From: Azolla caroliniana
Taxonomy: Eukaryota; Plantae; Polypodiophyta
Direction of reading: 5' to 3'
Length of the DNA stretch: 64,000 nt
Assembly (NCBI GenBank): GCA_043228905.1
Contig: JBHGNT010000010.1
Coordinates: forward strand, 21,204,001-21,268,000
The notes under the pieces are model-generated. The model was not told where the DNA came from and made no database searches. It saw only the letters and a list, made by a program, of their open reading frames with translations. The translations under genes were made by a program, and so were the position numbers. Position 1 is the stretch's first letter. Each line of letters opens with the position of its first letter. Below, piece after piece: positions 1-12,237 of this stretch.

Positions 1-42
1 GGTGAGGCCAGTCGCGGCTCCCTTGCCGGAGGGCAGCGAGTT

Positions 43-1057
43 GTGAATAAAGGGGGTTGCATCGGCCCGAGTTTACGAAATCCGGCCCGCATTGGACACA
101 CGTTCACCGACATAATGTTGTGCAAGCTCAAAATCGGTGGGGGCGGCTTCCTACTACTGGCGGAAGAGGACCGTTTTCGGGGAATGCTCGGAAGGCACGG
201 CAAGGCTTTCGCATTCTCACCGGAGGAGATCAGGTGCATAGACCCGATAGTCGTGGAACCAATGGTGAAATTCATGGTACCGCATGTGTCGTGGAGTCTC
301 AAACTGATTCCAGTACCCAGAGCTCACATCCCGAAGCTGATGGAGCTGTTAAAGCAAAAGGTCGAGATGGGAATCCTTGAACCGTCGAGTGCCCCATACT
401 CGAATCAGTGGTTTACCGTGCCGAAGAAGGACGACACGTTGCGCTTTATTCAAGAGCTGCAGCCAGTCAACAAGGTGACCATTCGAAACGCAGGAATCGG
501 ACCGACAATAGACGAGTTCGCGGAGGCCTTCGCCGGAAGGTCGATTTACTCGGTCGGTGATCTCTATTCGGGGTACGATCAGTTCCAGCTTGCCGTAGAG
601 AGCAGGGACATCACGACAATGTGAACTCCTCTCGGCCTAGTACGAATGTGTACCCTGCCACAAGAAGGGACGAACTCAGTGGCTCACATGGTGAACGCAA
701 TGAACAAAGTGCTGAGGGATTGTATCCCGGACATCACCATGCCGTTTTTGGACGACGTCCCGATCAAGGGATGCGCGGTGGAGGAAAGGGAGGAGACGAT
801 CAGACCGGACGGATGCCGGAAATTTGCGACGACGCACATCGATGACTGCGAGAAGGTGCTACAGAGGTTGGAGAGCGCGAGGCTCACCTTCTCCGGGGGA
901 AAGTCGGCCTTCGGGCAATCAGAGATCATGGTCGTCGGACACCTATGCGGGCCGTACGGCCGGAAACCGTCTCTGGCTAAGGTAGAAGCCATCTCTGCGA
1001 TGAAGAACGATTGTAGCTCGGTCACGGAGGTTCAGAGGTTCTTGGGAGCGTGCACGT
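43..1057 (+). pseudogene. A0 pol, reverse transcriptase part (degenerate)
   Basis: Motifs GDLYSGYDQ, LPQEGTNSVAH and FLDD. CGA>TGA stop at 622-624. Confidence 0.88.
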
Positions 1058-1616
1058 TGTCGTGAAGAAAACCGTCCACAAGGGACATGGGAGATCCTAG
1101 GTAGGTAGATTCGGTAGGTAGGAAGTTAATAGGAAACGGCTCCCTTCTTCCCTATAAAAGGAGGGAGACGAGGAGGAGGAAGGGATCGCGAAGTAAGAGA
1201 AGACGAAGTGCTGTCGGATTGTGGGCCGAAGGCTTCTCTCTCTTCCAAACTCCATAGCTTCTTTCTGCGTAGGTTTCGGGAGGATCGCACTGCTCTGAGG
1301 AAGCCCGAGTGCTTCCAGCAGCACCACCAACCTACTCCTTTCTTTCTGTGCGTTTACGAACAGGCATCGGCATCTGTTCGCCGGCCTATTCGGTTGTAAC
1401 CGACTTCGTGTTCTTGTTGTTTGTCTTTGTTAATACATACATACATTCGTGTCTATCTGTGTCGCTGTCCCACTCACGTCTTTGTGTCGAAGGGCCGTGT
1501 CCCTGCGAATCTACGCTCGCACCTAGTGGGTTCCCTTCTCCTTTCTCTCTTGCTCTTTGGTACAAGACTCCCGAGGTCCCGCCTCATTCCACGCATCCGC
1601 GAGGAATACCTTGACA
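1058..1616 (+). repeat. A1 5' LTR (about 76-bp U3 deletion relative to the 3' LTR)
   Basis: Starts TGTCGTGAAG, ends TGACA, contains TATAAAA, and is a direct repeat of 5206-5841. Confidence 0.93.
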
Positions 1617-1619
1617 TCT

Positions 1620-1636
1620 TGGTGAACCCGACGTGA
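1620..1636 (+). promoter_or_regulatory. Primer-binding site, tRNA-Trp
   Basis: TGGTGAACCCGACGTGA is complementary to the 3' end of plant cytosolic tRNA-Trp (TCACGTCGGGTTCACCA). Also at 10407-10423, 26741-26757 and 33370-33386 (-). Confidence 0.88.
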
Positions 1637-1659
1637 AGGAGGCGGCAGAAGAGCAGAAG

Positions 1660-2740
1660 ATGAAAGGGTCAGATCTTGCGGAGGCCATGGCTTCGGCCGT
1701 GGATCGGATATTGAGCGCACGCGAGGGCTCCGGCGCCCTCGACAGAGCCATTGAGGCGGTCGTCGGTACGATCGGCCAGTTCAGCGGAAAGGATGACACG
1801 AAGTATTTGGCGTCCTACGGGACAGAAATGCTGATGCGGGACATTCCGGAAGAGAGGCGTCTTGCCGGGTTTCCTCGAGTGGCGATGCCGAGCATCCATG
1901 CGGAGGTGCTTGAGGTGCGGGCGGAGAGCCGTACCTGGGAGGAGTTCGAAGGCCGACTCCTGGAAAAATACGGGTTGGACGACGCGCTCCGGCTTTCGAA
2001 ACGAGACTTCATGGAATGGGTGGAGTCCCCCGGCAAGGGAAGAAACGCGTCGGCACTCCTCCGGGAATTCGAAGAACGCTTTGCGCGCCTTTCGGCGCTT
2101 GACCGAAACATTCTGGATACGAGCCGGGTCCTACTGTTCGTCAAGTCGGTGGACGAGCGGGACCGGGATCAAGTCGGCTCCTTGCTGGAAACCGAAGACG
2201 GGCTGACGACCGACTGGGCTGCGGTTAAGAGAGTCTGTGGCCGTTTCGACAAACGGCGAGAATGGACTGATAACGGGGCGGCCAGTGCGGGCTCTGTCAC
2301 AGCAAGGAGGCTTGAACCGGCACCACAAGAGCGAAGGGCAGAAGCCCGGGAGTGGCTCGAAACCGGGTCGGCTCCGACCGGCATGGTCAATAACTCGTCC
2401 GGAGGAGCAACACTGCAGGAGTTGACGCGGGCGATAAAGGATCTCCAGATCGCCCACACTCGAAGGGAAGGCGGCGAACCGGCTCGTGACAGACGGCCGG
2501 TAGCAGGGAACAGGTGCATGTGGTGCGACGAGGTCGGCCACATTCGGAAGGATTGCGGCGATTTTGCAGAGCCGTTGATGAACCGGGTGGTGTACCTATG
2601 GGAAGGCCGGGTGCACGCCGGCGATACCAGAAGGGCCCTAAACCGGAACGACGGGCGAGGAGGTATGAAGAGACTGATGGAAGAGGCAGCGGCCCGACAC
2701 TACTCGGCGTGCACTACTCGGCATCGGCCGGTATTCGGGC
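1660..2740 (+). pseudogene. A1 gag with CCHC zinc knuckle
   Basis: CMWCDEVGHIRKDC fits Cx2Cx4Hx4C. Fused by deletion to mid-RT near 2740. Confidence 0.85.
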
Positions 2741-5132
2741 CCACATGGTGAATGCAATGAACAAGGTACTAAGGGATTGCATCCCAAACATCACCATGCC
2801 ATTTGTAGACGACATCCCGATCAAGGGGTGCCCGGTGGAAGAGAAGGACGCAACACTCGGACCGGACGGATGCCGGTGATTCGTGGCAACACACATCGAC
2901 GACTGCGAGAAGGTGCTACAAAGGCTAGAGGATGCGAGGCTCACCTTCTCCGGGGAGAAATCGGCCTTCGGGAAATCAGAGATCCTGGTGGTCGGACACC
3001 TATGTGGACCATATGGCCGGAAGCCGTCTCCGGCAAAAGTAGAAGCCATCTCCGCGATGAAGACCGACTGTAGCTCGGTTACGGAAGTTCGGAGGTTCCT
3101 GGGGGCGTGCGCATTCTACCACATATGGATCCCGCATTACGCCCACGTTGCGGAGCCGCTATACGGGTTGCTGAAGAAAGGGCGAAAATTCGAGTGGCGA
3201 GACGAGCACACGGAGTCGGTCCGGAAGCTGAAGGAAGCTCTTGCGGCAGCACCGGCGCTCCGGAAGGCTGTCTACGGGAAGGGTACCCCGGTATACATAA
3301 CAGTGGATACGAGTCCGACCGGGATCGGATGGGTCGTCAACCAAGAAGACAAGGACGGCATTCGGTTCCCGATCCGATTCGGCGCGAAGGTCCTCAGTGA
3401 GCGACAGCGAGGGTACGCCCAGGTTAAGCGCGAACTCTGGGGTATCGTTTCGGCAGTAAAGGCCGACAAAGACTACCTAATCGGGACAGGAGTGCTTATC
3501 GAGACGGATTGCCTGCCAATTCTCGGCATGGTTTCCGGATGCGCGACACCGGACCTGGCGATGCTCAGGTGGATAGCGTATATCAAGTCCCTGGACCCGG
3601 AAATAAGACACATTTCCGGAAAGGACAACGCCATGGCCGACATGCTTTCGAGGGCGAGGTTTGATGACGAGGGCAGCATGGTTTCGGAGGACGAAGAAGT
3701 CGGCGTGGACTTCTTTGAGGCGGCATACGTGACGACCGATGGGACGAGCACTCCGGCACTTAACGACTTCGACGAGAGCAAGTACGACGGCGAGTGGCTC
3801 CAGATCGGTGGATTTTTGAGGACAATGACGCCGGATGCGTCATGGACGAAGGACGAGGCCAACCGGATCCGGAAGAAAGCTTATCGATTCTTTCTCCGGG
3901 ACGGATACTTATGGAAGCACCCGAAGAAGAGGAACGGCGTCCCGCTCCGGGTGGTGGTGATGAAGGAAGAACAGGAGGAGCTGCTGACGGCTTACCACGA
4001 TAGCCCTTGGGCTAGTCACCGTGGAACGTGGTCCACGTTCGAGAAGATAAAGGGGAAGTACTGGTGGCCGGGACTGTACTGGGACGTGCATCGGTTCGTG
4101 ACAACTTGCGAGAGCTGTCAGATGCACTCCATAGTCTGACATCGGGACGGGCTTCACCCTACGTACCCTCCGACCATTCACTTCAAATGGATGGTAGACC
4201 TGGTGACGATGCCGATGGGAGTAGGACAGATGCGGTATCTGGTCCTGGCTCGGGAAGATCTGACGAACCAGGTGGAAGGCCGAGCCCTTCAGAACAAAAC
4301 AACCGCGGCCGTATGTCGGTTCCTGATCGAGGACGTGATATGCCGGTACGGGTGTGTCGGGAAGATCGTGGCTGATCGCGGGGAGTTGGACGCCGAAGAG
4401 GCCGAGGAGTTGTTCGACTGGCTAGGATTCAAGCTCTCGCTTACCACTGCATACAATCCGGAGGCGAATGGGAAGGTGGAGCGCGGACACGGACCGATCG
4501 TCAAGGCGTTAGTTCGGGCATGCGGGGGGCAAGTCGGGAACTGGCCGCGGCTACTGCCTTACGCGTTGTGGGCTGACCGAACTACGCACAGTTCGGTAAC
4601 CGGATTCATGCCGGCAGAGCTCATGTTTGGGCAGAAGCCAGTCATGCCGATGGAACATACGATCTCCTCGTGGGCAACCGTGGACTGGAGAGACGAGATG
4701 AGCCAGGAGGAACTGCTGGCGGCGCGTATACGACAGCTCGAGCGAAGACCGGAGGACGTGGAGCAGGCTGCGGAAAAGCTTCGGGAAGCAAGGATGAGGA
4801 ACAAAGCCCGGTTCGACCAAACGCACCGGCTCCGACCGAAGAAGATCGAGGAAGTCGACTGGGTGCTAGTCTACGACAGCAGCCTCGACAACCAGCACCG
4901 AGCGACACGGAAGTTTGCAAGAAGGTGGTTCGGGCCTTACGTGGTACAAAGCGCCAACGACAACGGGACGTACCATCTGGCGGAACTCGACGGCACGAGA
5001 ATGGCGATACCGGTAGCTAGGAAGCGGATCAAAGCGTTCAAGAAGCGTCACGACGACGAGCCGGATCCGGTTAACCTGAACCGGAACGACAAACGATCCG
5101 AAACCGAGGAAGAACCGACGGGCGGGGAATGA
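2740..5132 (+). pseudogene. A1 pol (RT C-terminus, RNaseH, integrase)
   Basis: Motifs FVDD, VDTSPTGIG, integrase HHCC, DRGE...ANGKVER and WFGPY. Stops at about 2877 and 4137. Confidence 0.88.
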
Positions 5133-5205
5133 AGGCTGGACCGGTTTTCTCCGTCCCAACTCAATTTGGCGCATGCCAGTGGATGCGCGGTTAGGTGGGG
5201 GCGGA

Positions 5206-5841
5206 TGTCGTGAAGAAAACCGTCCACAAGCGGAATCGGTGCACCGGAGCATAGGAACCGGCTCTTCATGCACGTACGCCTTGTGTTGTACATAGGAGAG
5301 AATTAGGGACATGGGAGATCCTAGGTAGGTAGATTCGGTAGGTAGGAAGTTAATAGGAAACGGCTCCCTTCTTCCCTATAAAAGGAGGGAGACGAGGAGG
5401 AGGAAGGGATCGCGAAGTAAGAGAGGACGAAGTGCTGTCGGATTGTGGGCCGAAGGCTTCTCTCTCTTCCAAACTCCATAGCTTCTTTCTGCGCAGGTTT
5501 CGGGAGGCTCGCGCTGCTCTGAGGAATGCCCGAGTGCTTCCGGTAGCACCTCCAACCTACTCCTTTCTTTCTGTGCGTTTACGAACAGGCATCGGCATCT
5601 GTTCGCCGGCCTGTTCGGTTGTAACCGACTTCGTGTTCTTGTTGTTTGTCTTTGTTAATACATACATACATTTGTGTCTATCTGTGTCGCTGTCCCACTC
5701 GCGTCTTTGTGTCGAAGGGCCGTGTCCCTGCGAATCTACGCTCGCACGTAGTGGGTTCCCTTCTCCTTTCTCTCTTGCTCTTCGGTACAAGACCCCCGAG
5801 GTCCCGCCTCATTCCACGCATCCGCGAGGAATACCTCGACA
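5206..5841 (+). repeat. A1 3' LTR
   Basis: TGTCG...CGACA directly after the PPT. Confidence 0.93.
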
Positions 5842-7845
5842 GTGTTCTACCACATATGGATCTCGCATTACACTCACGTCGCGGAGCCGTTATACGGGTT
5901 GCTGAAAAAGTGCCGAAAATTCGAGAGGAGAGGCGAGCATACGGAGTCTGTCCGGAAGATGAAGGAAGCCCTTGCCGCGGCTCCGGCGCTCCGAAAGGTT
6001 GTCTACGGAAAGAGCACTCCAATTTACGTAACGGTAAACACGAGTCTGACCGGGATCGGATGGGTCGTCAACCAAGAGGACAAGGACGGCATGCGTTCCC
6101 TGATCCGGTTCGGCGCGAAGGTCCTCAGCGAGCGACAACGAGGATACGCCCAGGTTAAACGCGAGCTCTGGGGTATCATTTCGGTGGTAAAGGCCGATAA
6201 AGACTACCTGATCAGGACAGAGGTAATTATCGAGACGGACTGCCTACCGATCCTTGGCATGGTTTCCGGATGCGTGACGCCGGACCTGGCACTGCTCAGG
6301 TGGATAGCGTACATCAAGTCCCTGAATCTGGATATACGACACATTTCCGAGAAAGACAACACCATGGCCGACATGCTTTCAAGGGCGAGGTTCGAAAACG
6401 ACGGCGGCATGGTTTCAGAGGACGAGGAAGTCAGCGTGGACTTCTTCGAGGCGGCTTACGTAACAACCGGCAGGGAATGCTCTCCAACGCTTAACGATTT
6501 CGACGAGAGCAAGTACGACGGGGAGTGGCTGCAAATCGACGAGTTCCTGAAAACAATGACACTAGACGCGGCATGGACAACGAACGAGGCCAACCGGATT
6601 CGGAAGAAAGCCTACCGATTCTTTCTTCGGGACGGATACATATGGAAGCACCCAAAGAAGAGGAATGGCATCCCGCTCCGAGTGGTGGCAAAGAAGGAGG
6701 AACAGGCAGATTTGCTGGTGGCGTACCACGATAGCCCATGGGCTGGACACCATGGAACGTGGGCCACGTTCGAAAAGCTAAAGGGGAAGTACTGGTGACC
6801 GGGACTATACCGGGACATGCATCGGTTTGTGACGACTTGCGAAAGCTGTCAGGTGCACTCCATGATCCGACATCGGGACGAGCTTCACCCAACCTACCCT
6901 CCGACCGTCCACTTCAAGTGGATGGTGGATTTGGTGACGATGCCAATGGGGGTAGGACAGATGCGGTATCTGGTGCTGGCTCGGGAAGATCTAACGAACC
7001 AGGTTGAAGGCCGAGCCCTGCAGAACAAGACGACGACAGTCGTGTGCCGGTTTTTGATTGAGGACGTAGTATGCCGATACAGGTGCGTAGGGAAGATCGT
7101 GGCTGACCGTGGTGAGTTGGACGCAGAAGAGGCCGAAGAGCTGTTCGACCGGCTAGGAGTCAAACTTTCGCTCACCACAGCATACAATCCGGAGGCGAAC
7201 GGGAAGGTGGAGCGCGGACACGGGCCAAATTTCAAAGCGCTAGTACGGGCATGCGGAGGCCGAGTCGGGGACTGGCCACGACTGCTACCTTATGCCTTGT
7301 GGGCGGACCGGACTACGCACAGTTCGGTAACTGGGTTCATGCCGGTCGAGCCGATCATGCCAACAGAGCGAACGATCTCCTCGTGGGCCACTGTGGACTG
7401 GAGGGATGAGATGAGCCGGGAGGAACTGTTGGCGGCGCGGATTCGACAGCTCGAGCGGAGGCCGGAGGACGTAGAGCAAGCCGCGGAGAAACTTCGAGTA
7501 GCGAGGATAAGGAACAAAGCCCGGTTCAACCGAACACATCGGTCCAGGCCAAGGAAGATCGAGGAAGGCGACTGGGTGCTAGTCTACGACAGCAGCCTCG
7601 ACAATCAGCACAGGGCCACGCGGAAGTTTGCGAGGAGGTGGTTCGGGCCTTACGTAGTAACAGGCACCAACGGCAATGCGACGTACCATCTCGCGGAGCT
7701 CGACGGTACGAGAATGGCGATACCGGTAGCGGGGAAGAGGATCAAAGCGTTCAAGAGATGGCACGACGGGGAGCCGGGGCTAAGAAGCATGGACAGCGAC
7801 GACAAGCAGCCTGAGGCGGAGGATGAACCGGTAAACGAGGAATAA
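5842..7845 (+). pseudogene. A0 pol, RNaseH-integrase part
   Basis: ORFs 5842-6798 and 6817-7845 are separated by a TGG>TGA stop. Integrase DDE and GPY motifs present. Confidence 0.88.
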
Positions 7846-7920
7846 CACTAGGATCGGTTTCCTCTCGTAAAAACCCAATTTTGGCGCATACCGGTGGATG
7901 CGCGGTTAGGTGGGGGCGGA

Positions 7921-8613
7921 TGTCGTGAAGAAAACCGTCCCCAGGCGCAAACCGTGTATAGTGTGTGTGAACCGGCCCTTACACGTGGGCACGTCCCTTG
8001 TCGTATAGTAGATAGGTAGGCACAAAGGTTAAATCCTAGGTAGCAATATTCTATAAGGTAAATCGAGGAGTATCTCTGTCCGAAAGGACAGACAATTAAT
8101 GTGATGTAAACGGGTGAAACGGCCTCCCTCCTTCAGCTATAAAAGAGAGGGAGACGGGGGAGAAGGGGATATAGCGCGCTAGAGGGAACGAAGTGTTGTT
8201 GGACTGGGACCAAGCTCTTCTTCTTTGTCGTTCCCCATAGCTTTCCTTTTGCGCAGGCTCTCAAGAGGTTGATTCTGCTCCGTGGAACGCCCGTGTGCTT
8301 CCGGCAGAATCTCCATCTTGCTCTCCTGTGTGCGTGGGTGATCAGGCGTCGGCATCCACCTCGCCGACCTGGTCGGTTGTAACCGTTCGATTCGTCTGCA
8401 TACATACAAATACATGCCTATATTTACATACACACTCTAGTGTTCTCAACTCGTGTCTCCTGTGTTGTTGTGACGTGTCCCCGTGCGCTTCTTTGTCTAT
8501 ACGTGAGTGAGCGTCTCTCTCTCTCTCTCTCTCTTTTTCTTCCTCACCTATTCCTCGGTCCAAGACCCCAGTGGTCTCGCCTTGTTCTCCGCGCACGCGC
8601 GTAACAACGCGAC
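7921..8613 (+). repeat. A0 3' LTR
   Basis: Starts TGTCGTGAAGAAAACCG after the PPT and ends GTAACAACGCGAC (terminal A missing). Confidence 0.8.
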
Positions 8614-8974
8614 TACGGGATGGTGCCGAGCAAGGAAGGCAGTAGACGGCACACGGCGGTGTCGGAAACGAGAATATGGGCGTGCACAAACAGACTACAC
8701 AGAATGGAGGCCGGAACAAGGTAGATGGTCGGAGAGGGATCCTCTACACCGGGTCCCGGAGACCTTGGCAGTTCGAGCCGACGTGGCAACGTAAGACCAA
8801 GGAGAAGGAAGGTGGTTGCGAGGGGATGACGGCAAGAAGAAGGCTCCAAACCGGTAGCAGCGCGAGACGAAAGTGGCCAAGCGGGCTACTACGGGGTGTT
8901 CCTCGGATGCGGAGGACACTAGTATGAGGAGAAGCGGCGATACACGATCCAGTCGAGCGAGGCCAACGACGCGT
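8614..8974 (+). mobile_element. Internal non-coding segment of a B-type (pol-less) element
   Basis: Homologous to about 19721-20100 (gactacgggatggtg...ggctactacggggtgttcctc). Confidence 0.65.
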
Positions 8975-9617
8975 TGTCGTGAAGAATTTCGGCCAGAGGC
9001 GGAAACCGGGAAATATTGGCTACATCGGCGGGGTGCAGCATGTGTACTCACCCTCGTATAATTGTGTGAATAATAGGAGTTAAGTCAGGACGAAGAATCC
9101 CATGTAAATTGGGATTTATCCCACATTGTAACGCATCCCTCTCCTTGTTCTATAAAAGGAAGGGATGGTCCCTTGTAGAAAGGTTGCCCATTTTTGCATT
9201 CATAGGGTATACCGTTGGATTAAGAAACACCATCTCTTTCTCTTCCTCTTGTTTTAGGGTTTTGTTTCTTCTTCTTTCCTCAGCTTCTTCCTCTTTTTCG
9301 TTCTGTGCACCGAGCCGGGACTTCTAGCGTTTCTGTTTGCTGCCCTGTCCCCTGTGAAAGACCCCGCTCAGCGCGACAAGCCCGAGAGCTCCCCGACCGG
9401 CGGCTTGGCAGTAGACGACTATTGCAACCTGAGCTACTTAGGTCGGGCTCAAAGCCGAGGATGTACTCTTTCCTTTGTAATATATACATTTGCATCTGTA
9501 TGTGCATATTCGTGTCTCTGTTGGTGTCGGGTGCTTTCCCTTCCCTGCGTTTCCTGTACATAAGGGCATGAGTTGGGTCGGTGTGTGTGTGTGTGTGTGA
9601 GTCGGTGCCAAGCGCGC

Positions 9618-10262
9618 TGTCGCGTTGTTACGCACGTGCGTGGAGAAAGGCAGGACCACGGGGGTCTTGGACTAGGGAGTAGAGGAGAAGGAATCGGACA
9701 TGGAATGGAAGCTTTGCTCAAGAAGGAGAAGAATGAACAAGAGATTAACTCGAACAAGAGGAAGATGGAGACAAGAAGATCAACAAGATATATTAAAACG
9801 AAATAAACGATTACAAAACGGTGGCCGCGTAGGCCGCACCAAACGACTACTCGAAACCCTAACCCTAACCCTAACGCTTGATACGTGGTATACCTCGCAC
9901 ACTCAAAATAGGCAACCCCCACAATGGTGCCTTCTCTCTCCTTTTATAGCACAAGGAGGGAAGACCGCTTATAAAGGTGAGACTAAAATATCCCCTTTCA
10001 TTCAAAGGGGATATTTGCCTTGATTTGGGGGAGGGTGAGATTGATGGCCCCTTAACTCCCACCTCCTCACAAACAACTACGTACTTATGTACCGCATAGT
10101 ACCTCTCTCTCTCTCTCTCTCTCGCGTGGATGTGCGTACAACCACATCACCGTTATACCTTTATTACTATAACAAATACATTATGTACGTGTGCAACGTT
10201 GCACATCGCTCTTTGGCTCTCGTTGCTCGGGTTTCCGCTTGTGGACAAAAATCTTCACGACA
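9618..10262 (-). mobile_element. Solo LTR (Trp-gypsy superfamily) inserted in the B 5' LTR
   Basis: Plus strand reads TGTCGCGTTGTTACG...CTTCACGACA. TSD gcgc/acgc. Confidence 0.85.
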
Positions 10263-10439
10263 ACGCGCTCCCTCCCTTTCTCTCTCTCTCGTACGGTTGC
10301 TTCCGGGAAGCGTCAGGAATCGTCTTCTCGGCTTCCCTCCTTCCCTCGTCTGAGACCCCCGTGGTCCCGCCCTTCGACACACACGCGCGTAACAACGCGA
10401 CATATTTGGTGAACCCGACGTGAAGGGCGGCAAGGGAGA

Positions 10440-11483
10440 ATGGAGCTAGAAGAAGACAACTTCGCGGAAATTTTTGTTGAAGCGGTGAGGGAGTTTGGAC
10501 AAGCAACGGCAAGACGAGAGACGGCGCAGCAAGCGGTTGAGCGAGTGGTCGAAAGAGCCGGCCGTTTCAACGGGGACAAAGTCCCATCTTACTTGGAAGC
10601 CTACAACACGGAGATGGAGGAGCGAGGCGTAGACAAGGCATTGAGGTTGGAGTTCTTCTGTCGGGTCATCGTCGTCCATATGCACGCGGAAGTGAAGGGG
10701 CTCCGAGAAGCCCATAGTTCGTGGGAGGCCTTCGAAGAGGTGCTCCTGCAGGCATATGGAGGGCGTCGGAAGAGCAGGGGAAGACGCTTCTTTAACCAGT
10801 GGGTTGCATCGGCGAAGACCCACCGGGGCGCAATGAAGGCGTTCCGAGAGTACGAGCGGCGGCTTGCTCGGTTCCCAGAGCGGGAACAAGGTTTGGTGGG
10901 GGCGGACAAAGTCCTGTTGTTCGTTAAGTCGATCGACCGAGCGGAACGGGAGGCCATCGGGATTGAGCTCGAAGACGAGGACGGAGCGAATGGCCTCACC
11001 GAGGACTGGTCGAAGGTCGGAAGGGTGTGCCAACGGCTAGATGACGAGCGAGCCAAGAAGGCTAAGAGGAAGGCGCACAACGGCATGCCATCACAGCGGG
11101 AAGAGGCCGAACGGCAAAGAGAGTCGGCAAGGGTCGGCCTTGGGGCCAGGATTGTGGAGGCGTACGCAGCTCTCGAGGTGATGCTCGAGGAAGAGGAAAG
11201 ATCGAGGCCACAAGCCAAGACTGAGGAGATGGACTTGCCCCACGTAATGGCGGAAGACCGGTACCACGGTACCACGGGAGAGGGTGTGGAACATAACGCC
11301 CTCTCGACTTGCGGTCAATTGCTGACCGAGGACAAGGTCGGGAGTGGAGAAGAGCCCTCCACGCAGATTCCGGAGACTCTGGTGGTCGAGCCCGTGTGCC
11401 GACATGAGACCGGAGATAAGGAAGGCGCTGACGAGGAGTCCTGGCACGATGCTAGTGAAGAGGGATGGGAAACGGTCTGCTAG
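10440..11483 (+). CDS. Gag-like ORF of element B (347 aa, no zinc knuckle)
   Basis: RFNGDKVPSYLEAY...VLLFVKSIDR...GLTEDW aligns with the N-half of A/C gag. Starts just after the PBS. Confidence 0.72.
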   Translation: MELEEDNFAEIFVEAVREFGQATARRETAQQAVERVVERAGRFNGDKVPSYLEAYNTEMEERGVDKALRLEFFCRVIVVHMHAEVKGLREAHSSWEAFEEVLLQAYGGRRKSRGRRFFNQWVASAKTHRGAMKAFREYERRLARFPEREQGLVGADKVLLFVKSIDRAEREAIGIELEDEDGANGLTEDWSKVGRVCQRLDDERAKKAKRKAHNGMPSQREEAERQRESARVGLGARIVEAYAALEVMLEEEERSRPQAKTEEMDLPHVMAEDRYHGTTGEGVEHNALSTCGQLLTEDKVGSGEEPSTQIPETLVVEPVCRHETGDKEGADEESWHDASEEGWETVC

Positions 11484-12237
11484 GAGGCCAAGGACGGAGG
11501 CAGCACGGAAAGATCAGCAATCAGATTCGGATGGAGCGTGATCCAGATGTGGATGACTCGACCAAAACCGGCCCAAGGCACGAAAGACCAGGGACGAGCT
11601 ATAGCGCCCAATCGGTAGGGCTCGGTTCGGTACGAGAGTGCCGGCGCGGAAGAGGGTGCGAAACAAATCGCCCTCTTTTACATGAGGACACAAGCCGGCC
11701 AGGCGAAGGCCACAATTTCGGAAGCTAGCGATCGAGGTGGCAGAGAGAGACTGGCAGGTTTTGGACACCGCTGCCCGAAACTCCGGACATTGGAGAATCG
11801 AGTGCAGGCGGCACTTGATCGATCGAAGTCCAGATGCCTCTCACCAAACGTGCTTGGGGAGCGGTACCCCGAACGAGTGTCCACAAATCATTACGGGACG
11901 GAAACACCGCGTCTTATCCGGAGACTCAGGCAACCAGCAAGGAGCGCCGGTGTGAGGCCTAGAGAGATGGGAGATAGAGTCGGGTACGCGAGAAGGAGAG
12001 CAACGACGAGTTTGGGAGAAGTACAAAGGATGAAGAGGAGAACGAAGACCGGACCCATGAGACCGATGAGATCTTCACACCGATCCGGTTGTTGTCATGA
12101 TATGGCAAGACTCGAACCCATGACCTTAGGTTATATGGGTCGAGCTCTTGACCATTAGACCATCTATTATAATACGTAGGATATTATTTTCATTTACATT
12201 TTATTATAGGAAATTAGTGTATATTCCAGATTTCTCT

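Larger units (their letters stand above)
1058..5841 (+). mobile_element. Ty3/gypsy element A1, internally deleted, nested in A0 RT
   Basis: LTRs 1058-1616 and 5206-5841, PBS 1620-1636, PPT about 5189-5205. 4-bp TSD acgt/gtgt, both derivable from gcgt by CpG decay. Confidence 0.93.
1..8613 (+). mobile_element. Ty3/gypsy LTR retrotransposon A0 (tRNA-Trp family); 5' part outside window; interrupted by A1
   Basis: RT-RNaseH-integrase remnants read through the A1 insertion (FLGAC|xFYHIW). PPT ggttaggtgggggcgga at 7904-7920, then the 3' LTR from 7921. Confidence 0.9.

Noticed and set aside
9854-9874. Interstitial telomere (CCCTAA)3
   Set aside because: Only three units, inside an LTR. Better explained as a telobox-type LTR motif.
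12093-12170. A genuine tRNA gene
   Set aside because: Acceptor, anticodon and T stems do not pair. Kept only as a tRNA-like promoter module.
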